DNA of 52,189 nt from an uncultured Lachnospiraceae bacterium (GTDB taxonomy: Bacteria; Bacillota; Clostridia; Lachnospirales; Lachnospiraceae): assembly GCA_937872845.1 (NCBI GenBank), contig CALMUC010000254.1, positions 1 to 52,189 of the forward strand, written 5' to 3'. Of the stretch, positions 8,542 to 19,095 are shown piece after piece (positions within the stretch are counted from its first letter, which is position 1; every line of letters starts with the position of its first letter). The position numbers and the translations under genes were made by a program. A model generated the notes under the pieces. That model ran no database searches. It saw only the letters and a program-made list of their open reading frames with translations, and was not told the DNA's origin.

Positions 8542-9501
8542 TTAGTACATAAATACATCAAGATCAACTTTAGCACTGCTTATTCCATCAACATATCCTT
8601 GGTTCGAATATTGATAGCCCTCGGTATGGTATGGAAATACAGGTGTTTCATATGCAGCCAGCCATAATTTATACTTTCCTATTTTATCTATATTTATATT
8701 CTTTATAAACCAATCACGACTTGCATAAACCATTGGTGTATACCCGGCTTTTTCTATTGTTTCGCAAAATCCAAGAATAGCATCTGTTCTATTATCTGAA
8801 CTTATTCCATTTGCCCGCGCATTAACACCATACATATATTCTGTATCACAAACTACAGGTTCTGTAATATTATGATCCTTTATCTGCTGAAGACAGAAAT
8901 TTGCTTCTTCTGCTCCCTCTGCGTAATTTACAGCTTCCGAGTAAAAATAAACTCCTGTCGAAATTCCTGCGTCTATAGCTCCTGCAACATTATCATTATA
9001 CTTTGCATCCTGCGTTATTTTACCATCGGCTCCATATCCGCGATATCCTACTCTCAAAAACGCCTTTCCTATTCCGGCAGCTTTTACCTTTGTCCAGTCG
9101 ATATCACCCTGAAACTCTGAAACATCTATTCCTGCTGTTCCTGAAGCCACTCCATTTTTATAATAATTTTTATAAAGTCCGCCTTCCTGAACGTAAAAAT
9201 CCTTAGCCCAGTCATATTCATTTCTTGTAACATTTGCACTTATCTTATAGTATTCACAATCGGGATATGTTCCAAACAATATATATGCTTTATCCAGATA
9301 TGCAAGATAATTTGCCGCTGACTTTGAAGTGATATCTGTATTTGAATCAAATGTCACTTTTTGGGTAAGTACCTTTGCTGCCTCAACAGGTTTTCCTTCA
9401 TTCTCTATCTGAATGATCTTTCTTATTCCCACAAACATCAAAACTACAAGAAGGCCAAAACATATCCACGCTATAATAAGTTTCTTAATTTTCCGGTTCA
9501 T
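8542..9501 (-). CDS. Membrane-anchored GH25 lysozyme/muramidase
   Basis: N-terminal TM; GIDVSEFQGDIDW, FLRVGYRGY, GVYFYS, CDTE (DxE), YQYS..G and VDLD motifs. Confidence 0.88.
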   Translation of the reverse strand: MNRKIKKLIIAWICFGLLVVLMFVGIRKIIQIENEGKPVEAAKVLTQKVTFDSNTDITSKSAANYLAYLDKAYILFGTYPDCEYYKISANVTRNEYDWAKDFYVQEGGLYKNYYKNGVASGTAGIDVSEFQGDIDWTKVKAAGIGKAFLRVGYRGYGADGKITQDAKYNDNVAGAIDAGISTGVYFYSEAVNYAEGAEEANFCLQQIKDHNITEPVVCDTEYMYGVNARANGISSDNRTDAILGFCETIEKAGYTPMVYASRDWFIKNINIDKIGKYKLWLAAYETPVFPYHTEGYQYSNQGYVDGISSAKVDLDVFMY

Positions 9502-11606
9502 TCATTCACAATCTTTCTCTGCTTTAAAATAATAAAAATGGAAATTCCTGCCGCCGCAAGAAGTATTCCCATAGCTCCAACAACAATCGATGACATAATT
9601 GAAAGTTCATCTGTAGCAAGCAGCGGAAATGCTGTAGAAACTGCATCAGGGTAATACATTTCTGCAACTGCAAGTGAATTGTTCATAAAATGCATCATCA
9701 TTGCCGGATATATGCTGTCTGAAAAATAAACTACCGCAGCAAGTGCAGCCCCGAGAACTGCAGTTGTAAAAAATCTGACTATACTCATATGGTAAACTCC
9801 AAATATTACAGATACAAGAATAATGCTGGTTACAATCTTATATTTCGACCTGAATGATGAAAGCAAAAATCCCCTGAACATCATTTCCTCGCATATAGCT
9901 GGCGCAACGGCAGTAACAAGAAGCGTAATAACCGGACTGTCTGTCATAAGAACTGATTCCAGTTCTGTGCCTACATTCTCGGCTTCATTTGGAAAAATCA
10001 TAGCTACAAACTGTGTTATTATTCCCCCTATCAGTATTGTTCCTATTCCAAGAAACAATGCAGCAACAAATGAAAGTGCATGTGTCTTTTTGAAACTATA
10101 AGTTTCTTTTAAACTTTTTTTTGTATAGAACACATATATCAGCGGAATTACAAGAATTATCATTTGAATTCCAAAGACTCCGCCGATGCCGTATTTAATC
10201 TGAAGTAATGTTCCGAGAAAAATATAAACAAACATTACAAGAAATGTAATAAACCACGCATCTCCCGGTGTCGGTGTTCCGCCCTTTTTTATATTTCTCC
10301 GTTTTTGAAAAAGCTGCAGACTAAAGCGGCCCTCATCAAAAAGCACGCTCTCACTGTCATAAATCTTCCCAAGGAACATGACTGCTAAAAAAGCATAAAC
10401 CACATTGCTTATAAGCACAATCGCAATTATTCCGTAATCAACTTTAAAAAGCAGCAGATTTTTTATCATAAGGCATATATTTGCAATAGGAACAAGTGCC
10501 ATTTTATGTGTCAGTTCAACATTTGGAATAAATCCGATATATCCAGTAAACATAACAACCAGCGTAAGCGGTGTAATATAATTATTTGCCTCTTTGTATG
10601 ATTTTGCAAAAGCTGTTATGCACATTGTCACAGCACTTATGAACAGTGAAAAGGCAAGTATTGCAAGTATTGTAAAAATGATAGCAGGAACAAATTTTGC
10701 AATATTAAAGCCGCCAAATGAAATTCCCATCATCCCGACAAATTCATCCTTCATAATATGGAACATATAAAATGCCATAAATCCCATTGAAACAACATTT
10801 AATATTGCAGATATTATTCCAATAAGTGCAACCGTCAGGAATTTGGCAATTATTATTTCTCTGTTACTTACAGGGAGTGTGAGAAGCGTCTCTAAAGTAC
10901 CGCGTTCTTTTTCACCTGCCGTCGTATCTATAGCAGGATACATGGTACCGATTAATAGTGAAAACACAAGCAAAAATGGCAGAATAGTTCCAAGCATGCT
11001 GCCGGCTGACTGTTCACTGCTGGCTATGTCTTTATCATTTACAATAATCGGATTCATCACTGCATCTACAGAAAGTCCAGCCTCCTGAATAGATTCATCA
11101 GCTTTCTTTTCTTCCATTTTGTCAATTATATCCTTGACAATCCCTGCCGCATAATTTGAATTTGTTATTGATGAAACATAATAAATATTATATTCAATTT
11201 TCCCTTCTGAAGAAATCCCGGAAGTAACGTAAACATCTATCTGTTCATTCTGAAGTGCCTTTTTATAATTTTTTACGTCACTTTTAACAACATTTATTTC
11301 ATCTCTTGGTTTAGATGCTGATGTTGATGAAGCCTTTACATTTTCAGCAGCGGCTTTTTTTTCTGCTTCTGCATTGTGTAAATTAATGCTGTTCTCCAGT
11401 GCTCCGTTATCAGAAGCAATAATTACAGCCTTATAGTTCTCACTCTCCATATTGTTTTGTATCATTGTCATTACCGCAAAGCATCCAAAAAAAATGAGCG
11501 GATATAACATAATAGGAACAAAAATCATCATTATAATTGCTTTTTTATCTCTGAAAACATCCAGAATTTCCTTTTTGAAAAGAAGTTTGAGCATTTTAGT
11601 TCTCAT
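9498..11606 (-). CDS. NatB-like ABC-2 permease fused to a CPBP (CAAX/Abi) intramembrane protease
   Basis: KKEILDVFRD and AGEKERGTLETLL (NatB-like); C-terminal EEMMFRG, FGVYH and HFMNN (CPBP motifs). Confidence 0.88.
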   Translation of the reverse strand: MRTKMLKLLFKKEILDVFRDKKAIIMMIFVPIMLYPLIFFGCFAVMTMIQNNMESENYKAVIIASDNGALENSINLHNAEAEKKAAAENVKASSTSASKPRDEINVVKSDVKNYKKALQNEQIDVYVTSGISSEGKIEYNIYYVSSITNSNYAAGIVKDIIDKMEEKKADESIQEAGLSVDAVMNPIIVNDKDIASSEQSAGSMLGTILPFLLVFSLLIGTMYPAIDTTAGEKERGTLETLLTLPVSNREIIIAKFLTVALIGIISAILNVVSMGFMAFYMFHIMKDEFVGMMGISFGGFNIAKFVPAIIFTILAILAFSLFISAVTMCITAFAKSYKEANNYITPLTLVVMFTGYIGFIPNVELTHKMALVPIANICLMIKNLLLFKVDYGIIAIVLISNVVYAFLAVMFLGKIYDSESVLFDEGRFSLQLFQKRRNIKKGGTPTPGDAWFITFLVMFVYIFLGTLLQIKYGIGGVFGIQMIILVIPLIYVFYTKKSLKETYSFKKTHALSFVAALFLGIGTILIGGIITQFVAMIFPNEAENVGTELESVLMTDSPVITLLVTAVAPAICEEMMFRGFLLSSFRSKYKIVTSIILVSVIFGVYHMSIVRFFTTAVLGAALAAVVYFSDSIYPAMMMHFMNNSLAVAEMYYPDAVSTAFPLLATDELSIMSSIVVGAMGILLAAAGISIFIILKQRKIVNE

Positions 11607-12366
11607 ATGTCATTCCCTCCTTCTCAATCACAGCATAAAAAGCCTGTCTCATATTTTCAGTTTGAGTGATTTCCTTCAGTTTTTCCGGTGTTTCATTACA
11701 AATTACCTTTCCATGATTCAGCATTATAATTCTATCACACAGATATTCAGCTTCTTCCATATAATGAGTAGAATAAATCACAGTCTTTCCGTGCATTTTC
11801 TCGTTCTTCATGAACTCAATTATTGCCGAACTGCTGATAATATCAAGCCCAAGTGTCGGTTCATCCAGAATATAGATATCTGGTTTATGTATTATACAAC
11901 GGGCCAGCGATGCACGTTCTGTCTGTCCGGTTGAAAGCTTTTCAATTCTGTTATCTATAAATTCCTGAAGGTTCAGAACATGAACAACTTCATCTATTCG
12001 TTCCTGTATATCATCATTATCTATTCCATATATTTCTCCGAATATTGTCAGCATTTCACGAACAGAAAATCTTCCATAAAGCTTTGTATTTCCAGATAAA
12101 TATCCTATATTTTGTTTTATTTCAATTGGATTTGAAAGAATTTGTCCATCATTTCTTTTTACTGTGACTGTTCCTTCTGTTGGCTGCAAAAGTGACGCAA
12201 GCATACGCAGAAGAGTAGTTTTACCTGCACCATTTGGTCCCAGTATTCCTACAATTTCTCCATCATTCGCTGACAAAGAAATGTCATCTACAGCTTTAAA
12301 TTCTTCCATAAGACCCTTTTTTTGAGTTTTATAAAAAGTTTTAACCAGATGTTCTGCCATTATCAT
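11596..12366 (-). CDS. NatA-like ABC transporter ATPase
   Basis: GPNGAGKTT, LSTGQ, ILDEPTLGLD and STH motifs. Confidence 0.9.
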   Translation of the reverse strand: MIMAEHLVKTFYKTQKKGLMEEFKAVDDISLSANDGEIVGILGPNGAGKTTLLRMLASLLQPTEGTVTVKRNDGQILSNPIEIKQNIGYLSGNTKLYGRFSVREMLTIFGEIYGIDNDDIQERIDEVVHVLNLQEFIDNRIEKLSTGQTERASLARCIIHKPDIYILDEPTLGLDIISSSAIIEFMKNEKMHGKTVIYSTHYMEEAEYLCDRIIMLNHGKVICNETPEKLKEITQTENMRQAFYAVIEKEGMTYEN

Positions 12367-12500
12367 AAGAAATTCCTCATATTTTCTGATTGAATTTGTC
12401 TTTCCTCAGTCGCTGAAAACACTTGTTTATTATAACATAGCTCAGAAGTTTCTTGTATTTATGTCACAGAATATTTACAAATATTATACTTATAACGACT

Positions 12501-12547
12501 GAAAGGATCCGCAAAACTGCCATTCTCTACAGTCTTGCGAATCCTTC
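12501..12547 (-). terminator. Strong ~18-bp hairpin (terminator or attenuator)
   Basis: GAAGGAUUCGCAAGACUG pairs with CAGUUUUGCGGAUCCUUU. The pairing is complete only on the minus strand, through G-U pairs. Confidence 0.6.
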
Positions 12548-12602
12548 CATCACGCGCTATATATGATACAACCCCCACTAAGTAACCTCTCTCACAAAAA
12601 GG

Positions 12603-12632
12603 ATTATAGCACATTTTAACAATTTTTGGCAA
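12603..12632 (-). promoter_or_regulatory. Sigma-A type promoter
   Basis: TTGCCA-18 bp-TATAAT with an extended -10 (TGc). Confidence 0.6.
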
Positions 12633-12800
12633 CTAATTTGTGCATCTTTTTTGATTTTGTAGAAAATAAACAAATTATATCGTCTATAATCTATAAATCA
12701 GGTATTTTTTAGCCGTTTTTTTAGTTATTTTTCACAATATGATGTTTGGTTCTATATTGTTTTGCACTCCATTATTTACGCTGGATTATTTACACGTCTA

Positions 12801-14453
12801 TCAGCTTTCATTTTCTTTCTCAACGAGATTAAGGGCTCCAAATGTTTTTCTAAGAAGTGGTTTTTCAATCTTGCCTGTTGCATTTCTCGGAACATCCGCA
12901 AAAATGATCTTCTTAGGGCGCTTATATCTTGGAAGAGGAAGACAGAAATCATTCATTTCTTCCTCTGTTGCTTCCTGGCCTTCCTTAAGCTGAATTATGG
13001 CAGCTGATATTTCTCCAAGTCTTTCATCTCCGATTCCTATTACTGCAACATCTTGTATTTTATCGTTTTTCATCAGAAAGCTTTCAATCTGTACAGGATA
13101 AATATTTTCTCCTCCAGTAATGATAACATCCTTTTTACGATCTACAAGCCAGATAAATCCATCTTTATCATACTTCGCCATATCCCCTGTATAGAGCCAT
13201 TCTCCTCTTATACATTCTTCTGTTGCTTCAGGATTCTTATAGTAGCAGACCATCACTCCGGGACCGCTAACACATAATTCTCCAACCATACTTTCAGTGC
13301 CATTTGTGGTTTTCTCTATTTCCGTTCCATCATCACCTATGATTTTTGTTTTCCATCCATATCCGGGAACTCCGATTGCTCCCACATGATCTGTATTTTC
13401 AATTCCAAGATGAACACATCCTGGTCCTATTGATTCTGAAAGCCCATAATTTGTATCATACTGCTGTCCCGGAAAATATTTATGCCAATGCTGTATAAGG
13501 CTTGCAGGGACTGGCTGTGCCCCGATATGCATGAGCCGCCACTGTTTTAATTCATACTTATTAATATCAACTTTGCCATTCTCTATTGCAACAAGTATAT
13601 CCTGCGCCCATGGTACAAGCAGCCAGACTATTGTGCAGTGTTCACGTGAAACTGCATCAAGAATGTCTTCAGGTTTTGTTCCTTTAAGAAGAACCGCCTT
13701 ACTTCCAGATAAAAGGCTTCCAAACCAATGCATCTTCGCTCCCGTATGATAAAGAGGCGGAATACAAAGAAACACATCATCCTTTGTCTGACGATGGTGA
13801 TTTTGCTCAGTTCTAGCTGAATGCGTAAGCGCTCTGTGCTTATGCAGAATTGCTTTGGGAAACCCTGTTGTGCCTGATGAGAAATAAATTGCAGCATTAT
13901 CATCATCAATAATTGGCACATCCGGGTTCATACTTCCACAATTTGCCGTAAGTGAATTATAATCTTCTGCAAATGTAGGACACCCCTCTCCTACATAAAA
14001 TAACAGACGATTTTTAGAAATCCTCTCTGCTATCTCCTCTACTCTGCCTATAAACTCCGGACCAAATACAAGAATATCCACATCAGCAAGATTCACACAA
14101 TACTCAATTTCATCCGGAGCATACCTGAAATTAAGTGGTACGGCAATGGCACCAGTCTTTAAAATTCCAAAATATATCGGCAGCCACTCCAGACAGTTCA
14201 TAAGAAGAATTCCCACTTTATCATCTTTTTTTATTCCTCGCTCCATGAGCAGATGAGCAAAACGGTTTGCTTTCTCATTAAAAACACTCCAAGTAATTTC
14301 TCTTCTGTATGGTGCAGATGGATTTGTCTCCATCAGTTCATATTCTCTCCATGTAACTCTTTTTACTTCTGATATTGCAGGGTTGACTTCAACAAGAGCA
14401 ACATCATTTGCATATATTTTAGCATTGCGTTCCAGCAAATCTGTAATTGGCAT
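12801..14453 (-). CDS. AMP-forming acyl/aryl-CoA synthetase (class I adenylate-forming enzyme)
   Basis: YFSSGTTGFPK, NYGLSE, TGD, DRKKDVIITGGENIYP and GKI motifs. Confidence 0.9.
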   Translation of the reverse strand: MPITDLLERNAKIYANDVALVEVNPAISEVKRVTWREYELMETNPSAPYRREITWSVFNEKANRFAHLLMERGIKKDDKVGILLMNCLEWLPIYFGILKTGAIAVPLNFRYAPDEIEYCVNLADVDILVFGPEFIGRVEEIAERISKNRLLFYVGEGCPTFAEDYNSLTANCGSMNPDVPIIDDDNAAIYFSSGTTGFPKAILHKHRALTHSARTEQNHHRQTKDDVFLCIPPLYHTGAKMHWFGSLLSGSKAVLLKGTKPEDILDAVSREHCTIVWLLVPWAQDILVAIENGKVDINKYELKQWRLMHIGAQPVPASLIQHWHKYFPGQQYDTNYGLSESIGPGCVHLGIENTDHVGAIGVPGYGWKTKIIGDDGTEIEKTTNGTESMVGELCVSGPGVMVCYYKNPEATEECIRGEWLYTGDMAKYDKDGFIWLVDRKKDVIITGGENIYPVQIESFLMKNDKIQDVAVIGIGDERLGEISAAIIQLKEGQEATEEEMNDFCLPLPRYKRPKKIIFADVPRNATGKIEKPLLRKTFGALNLVEKENES

Positions 14454-14521
14454 TTTTATTCCCCTCTTAATACATAAATTTTATGTTGATTCACCGCTTT
14501 CCATTAACAGAGTTATGCGGA

Positions 14522-14566
14522 CAAAGGTTACTTTGCCGGGATTTTCTCCAGACAAAGTAACCTTTG
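14522..14566 (-). terminator. Hairpin downstream of iorB
   Basis: caaaggttactttg...caaagtaacctttg, a perfect 14-bp inverted repeat. Confidence 0.65.
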
Positions 14567-14607
14567 ATTTTATCATTTTTATAGTTTTTATTTATGCGCC
14601 TTAATGA

Positions 14608-15195
14608 TTATTCATCATATCCGACATGAAATCCTTTGAGATTTATATCTACAGTTTTTGAAGGAACTTTTGATTTTATAACAGATTCCCACATTTCAAG
14701 ACTGTAATTCATGTGTTTTGCTGCCATTCCAAGAACTATAGTATTAAATACTCTTGTATTTCCAAGTTCTTCAGCTTTTTTCATGGCATCAATTGAATAT
14801 ATCTTATATTTTTTTTCAAGTGTATCAAGTATTGCATCCGGATATTTTGCTGCACCTGTAATAACCGGCATCGGATCTATACGCTGATCATTTACAATAA
14901 GTACTCCGTCTTTTTTTAGAAAATGAGCATATCTTAGCGCCTCAAGACGTTCAAATGCAATAATCACATCAGCCTGTCCTTCTTCGACAATTGGTTCTGC
15001 AACATTTTCGCCTGCTGTCGCATAACGGACATATGTTACAACTGAGCCTCCACGCTGAGCCATTCCATGTACTTCTGACAACTTCACATCATAACCTGCT
15101 GTTTCTGCAAGTCCCCCGAGAATACGACTTGTAAGAAGAGTTCCCTGACCGCCAACGCCTACTATAATAATATTCGTAACTGCCATATCACTCAC
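14608..15195 (-). CDS. iorB: Indolepyruvate:ferredoxin oxidoreductase beta subunit
   Basis: GVGGQG and SEVHGMAQRGGSV motifs. Confidence 0.92.
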   Translation of the reverse strand: MSDMAVTNIIIVGVGGQGTLLTSRILGGLAETAGYDVKLSEVHGMAQRGGSVVTYVRYATAGENVAEPIVEEGQADVIIAFERLEALRYAHFLKKDGVLIVNDQRIDPMPVITGAAKYPDAILDTLEKKYKIYSIDAMKKAEELGNTRVFNTIVLGMAAKHMNYSLEMWESVIKSKVPSKTVDINLKGFHVGYDE

Positions 15196-16936
15196 CCCTC
15201 TTCTTCAATGAAATTGCATCAAACGGACAAAGTGTCTGGCAAAGACCGCATCCATTGCACATTGATTCATCTATAACAGATTTTCCTGTTTCTTCATCTC
15301 TCTTTATTGATGGACATCCCGGTGCAAGACATTTACCACATTTGCGACATTTATCAGGATCCACAAAACATTTTCCCTTAGGAACATATGATTTAAGAAG
15401 TGCGCACGGAGCCTGTGCAATGATAACTGATACCTCTTCTCTTGCAACCTCGGTCTTTACAACTTCTTCAAGTTTTTCCTGATCAAACGGATCCACTACT
15501 TCTATATTCTTTACACCAAGAGCCTTGCAAAGATCTACAAGATCCACAGAATATGTCGGCTGCCCATTGAGCATCTTCCCTGTTGCAGGATGATCCTGAT
15601 GTCCCGTCATTCCGGTTGTGGAATTATCCATAATGATCACTGTACCGGTTGCCTGATTGTAAACCATATTCATCAATGAATTTACACCTGTATGCAGGAA
15701 TGTTGAATCTCCTATTACAGCAACCCAATTCTTTATGAATTCTTTTCCCTTTGCTTTTTCCATACCATGAAGCATGGAAATTGAACCTCCCATACAAAGT
15801 GTTGTATCCACAACACTAAGCGGTGCAGCAGCTCCGAGCGTATAACATCCGATATCGCCGCTTGCATGTATATGAAGCTTCTTAAGTACGTTATAAGTTG
15901 CACGGTGAGGGCATCCCGGGCAAAGAATAGGTGGGCGCACAGGTACCTCGGCAGGTTTTGTAAGTTCAAGCGTTTCATGAAGAATTTTTTCACGCAGCAT
16001 ATTGGCACTGAGTTCTCCATTTCGAGGAAGGATTTCTTTTCCTATACATGGTATTCCCCAGCTCTTAACCTGTTCTTCTATAACCGGTTCAAGTTCTTCA
16101 ACTATATAAAGTTTTTCAACCTTTGATGCAAATTCTTCAATCAGTTTCTTTGGAAGAGGATTAACAAGTCCAAGTTTAAGCACTGATGCATTCGGAATTG
16201 CTTCCTTAACATATTGATAAGGAATACCACTTGTAATAATACCGATTTTAGTATCTGAATATACCGCTTTATTAACATCCGTGAATGTATTTGAATCGTT
16301 CTGAAGACGTTCTTCTCTCTCTATCACATGCACATGACGTTTCTGTGCATTTGCAGGAACCATTACATTCTTTGCCGGATTTCTGGTGTAAGGTCTATCT
16401 TCAACTTCGACTCTATCTTCCAGATTAACAACTCCCTGTGAATGTGCAATACGTGTCGTTGTACGTACAATTACAGGTGTATCATATTCTTCTGAAATAT
16501 CAAATGCCTTCTTTGTGAAAACTCTTGCTTCTTCACTATCAGCGGGTTCCAGAACAGGAACATGTGCAGATATGGCAATCCTTCTTGTGTCCTGCTCATT
16601 CTGTGAACTGTAAAGACCCGGGTCATCTGCAACGAGGTACACAAGACCTCCGTTTGCGCCAATGTAAGATGCTGTATAAAGTGGATCTGATGCAACATTA
16701 AGTCCTACACACTTCATTGCAACCATAGAACGGACTCCGGATATTGATGCACCCATTGCAACTTCTGCCGCAACCTTTTCATTAGGTGACCATTCTGCCC
16801 AGACTCCATCATATTTAACAAGATTTTCGCTCATCTCGGTACTTGGTGTACCAGGGTAAGCTGCTGAAACTTTGACGCCTGCTTCCCAAGCGCCGCGTGC
16901 AATGGCTTCATTGCCGAGCATAATCTTTTGCTCCAC
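15188..16936 (-). CDS. iorA: Indolepyruvate:ferredoxin oxidoreductase alpha subunit
   Basis: GNEAIARGA, YPGTPSTE, CPGCPHR, GDIGCY, GDSTF TPP motif, C-terminal ferredoxin Cys motifs; GTG start. Confidence 0.93.
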   Translation of the reverse strand: MEQKIMLGNEAIARGAWEAGVKVSAAYPGTPSTEMSENLVKYDGVWAEWSPNEKVAAEVAMGASISGVRSMVAMKCVGLNVASDPLYTASYIGANGGLVYLVADDPGLYSSQNEQDTRRIAISAHVPVLEPADSEEARVFTKKAFDISEEYDTPVIVRTTTRIAHSQGVVNLEDRVEVEDRPYTRNPAKNVMVPANAQKRHVHVIEREERLQNDSNTFTDVNKAVYSDTKIGIITSGIPYQYVKEAIPNASVLKLGLVNPLPKKLIEEFASKVEKLYIVEELEPVIEEQVKSWGIPCIGKEILPRNGELSANMLREKILHETLELTKPAEVPVRPPILCPGCPHRATYNVLKKLHIHASGDIGCYTLGAAAPLSVVDTTLCMGGSISMLHGMEKAKGKEFIKNWVAVIGDSTFLHTGVNSLMNMVYNQATGTVIIMDNSTTGMTGHQDHPATGKMLNGQPTYSVDLVDLCKALGVKNIEVVDPFDQEKLEEVVKTEVAREEVSVIIAQAPCALLKSYVPKGKCFVDPDKCRKCGKCLAPGCPSIKRDEETGKSVIDESMCNGCGLCQTLCPFDAISLKKRGE

Positions 16937-17083
16937 GATATTACCCCTTTCTAATCAAACGGTTCAGAGATACTTCTCCAAACACTGAATTCACGTTTTG
17001 GAAACTTTAAAATCATTTATCAAATTCCCATAAGTTTCTATATTTTATCATAAAATCGTACAGTGCACCACGCAAAGCATAAA

Positions 17084-19081
17084 TTACTTTTTCTTCTTGC
17101 CTGTTTTTGATTTATCTTTAGCTTTCTTTTCTTTTATTTTATCTTTTAATTTATATTTTATTTTATCTTTTTCTTTACCCTTTTTTCCTTTATCTGATGT
17201 ACTATCTGCATCTGACTTTTCACCTGACGATATTACTGCTTTTTCATCTTTATCAGATAAATCTGAATTTCTCTGATATTCATCATCTTCAATGTCTTTT
17301 GCTGCCGGCAGTTCATATTTACTCATATATTCCGAAAACATTTCCTTAAATTCAGGACTTTCTCTTTTCACTTCATTTAAATATTCATGTGTATCAAAAC
17401 TATCATCCTGTATCTGAATTACGGCCGCTGCAATATTTGAACAATGATCAGATATACGCCCCATATTTGTTGTGAAATCAGTAAGCTGCATTCCAGTTTC
17501 AATTGTACATTTGCCTTTCTGCAATCTATGAATATGGCGTTTTTTCATCTGCAGATTCAGCTCATCTATTGCCTGTTCAAGCGGTTCAACATGTGATGCT
17601 ATTTCTTGATTCTGGCTTTCAAATGTATCATATGTTATATTCATGATTTCATTAATGGCATCCATCATTACCGAGATTTCCTGCACAGCTTTCTTTGAAA
17701 AATTCAAATTTTCTGTATGCATCTTCTTTGCTGATATTGCAACATTAAATGCATAATCTGAAATTCTTTCAATATCTCCCAGCTGATGCATAAGCTGGGT
17801 AACCATTCGTCCATCTTTCTGCTGAAGTTCCTTTCCTGATATCTGGACAAGATATGTTCCAAGCTTGTCTTCATACTCATCCACAGCCTGTTCAAGTTCC
17901 GACACCTTTTCATACTCATCTTCCCTGAACTCTTTCATCAATGCAATTGCTTTAAGTACTGACTGTCTTGAATAATCCATCATACGTATTGTCATCTCAA
18001 AAGCAACCTGCAGTGCATATGCAGGTGACGAAAGAAAACGTGGTTCAAGTCTGAGAAGTTCCTGACTATACTTATCCTTCTGAGTTTCTTCCTGTTCTTC
18101 TCCTGTCTTTTCACGAACAGTAACTGTAGCAAGCTTAACCAGTAATTTAGTAAACGGAAGCCATAAAAGTGTTGTAACGATATTAAAAACAGAATGTACA
18201 GTAGCAATACCGCTTGCTGTTGCCGCTTTTCCAAAGAACGAAAAACCAAATATGGCATTTCCGGCATAGAAAAGTATCATAAATACAATTGTTCCTATAA
18301 AATTAAAGTAAAAATGAATAAGTGCAGTACGCTTTGCATTTTTGCTCGCACCAATTGATGAAATAAGTGCAGTCACACATGTTCCTATATTCTGTCCCAT
18401 TATGATTGGTACTGCATTTGAAAATACAACCGTACCTGTTCCGCAAAGTGCCTGCAGAATACCTACCGATGCTGAAGAACTCTGAATGGCAGCCGTAATA
18501 ACAGCACCGACTATAACTCCAAGAACAGGATTTGAAAATGCTGTCATCAGATGAGTAAATTCAGGTACATCTTTTAATCCGGCAACCGACACCGTCATAG
18601 TATTCATACCAAACATAAGAATGGCAAATCCCATCATTATTCCGCCGATATTATGGTATTTATCCTTTTTAGTAAACATTATCATTGCGACTCCGACAGC
18701 TCCTAGAACCGGAGTCCACGAAGTAGGCTTTAACAGCTGCAATGCAAATGACTCACCATTTATTCCTGACAGCGATAATATCCACGAAGTAGCCGTTGTT
18801 CCTATATTGGCACCCATAATAACACCTACTGCCTGCGTAAGATTCATAATCCCGGAGTTAACGAAACCGACTACCATTACAGTCGTCGCACCTGAGGCTT
18901 GTATAACAGCTGTTACAAGTGCACCAACCATTATACCCATAAAAAGATTTGAAGTCAGTTTTTCGAGGATTTCCTGCATTTTTCCTCCGGCTGTACGTTT
19001 AAGGCTTTCACCCATATAGTCCATTCCAAAAAGAAAAAGCGCAATTCCTCCAATAAGATTAAGTACATCAAAAAAGCTCAT
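17084..19081 (-). CDS. Na+/Pi cotransporter family protein with PhoU-like domains
   Basis: QASGATTV/QSSSA and GANIGT/GQNIGT repeats; ERISDY and GRISDH PhoU-like motifs; Lys-rich tail. Confidence 0.9.
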   Translation of the reverse strand: MSFFDVLNLIGGIALFLFGMDYMGESLKRTAGGKMQEILEKLTSNLFMGIMVGALVTAVIQASGATTVMVVGFVNSGIMNLTQAVGVIMGANIGTTATSWILSLSGINGESFALQLLKPTSWTPVLGAVGVAMIMFTKKDKYHNIGGIMMGFAILMFGMNTMTVSVAGLKDVPEFTHLMTAFSNPVLGVIVGAVITAAIQSSSASVGILQALCGTGTVVFSNAVPIIMGQNIGTCVTALISSIGASKNAKRTALIHFYFNFIGTIVFMILFYAGNAIFGFSFFGKAATASGIATVHSVFNIVTTLLWLPFTKLLVKLATVTVREKTGEEQEETQKDKYSQELLRLEPRFLSSPAYALQVAFEMTIRMMDYSRQSVLKAIALMKEFREDEYEKVSELEQAVDEYEDKLGTYLVQISGKELQQKDGRMVTQLMHQLGDIERISDYAFNVAISAKKMHTENLNFSKKAVQEISVMMDAINEIMNITYDTFESQNQEIASHVEPLEQAIDELNLQMKKRHIHRLQKGKCTIETGMQLTDFTTNMGRISDHCSNIAAAVIQIQDDSFDTHEYLNEVKRESPEFKEMFSEYMSKYELPAAKDIEDDEYQRNSDLSDKDEKAVISSGEKSDADSTSDKGKKGKEKDKIKYKLKDKIKEKKAKDKSKTGKKKK

Positions 19082-19095
19082 ATTTCATCCCTTTC

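Noticed and set aside
17084..17260. Lys-rich C-terminal tail of the Na/Pi cotransporter
   Set aside because: Low-complexity charged tails occur on several proteins here (also YihY), with no evidence of a separate element.
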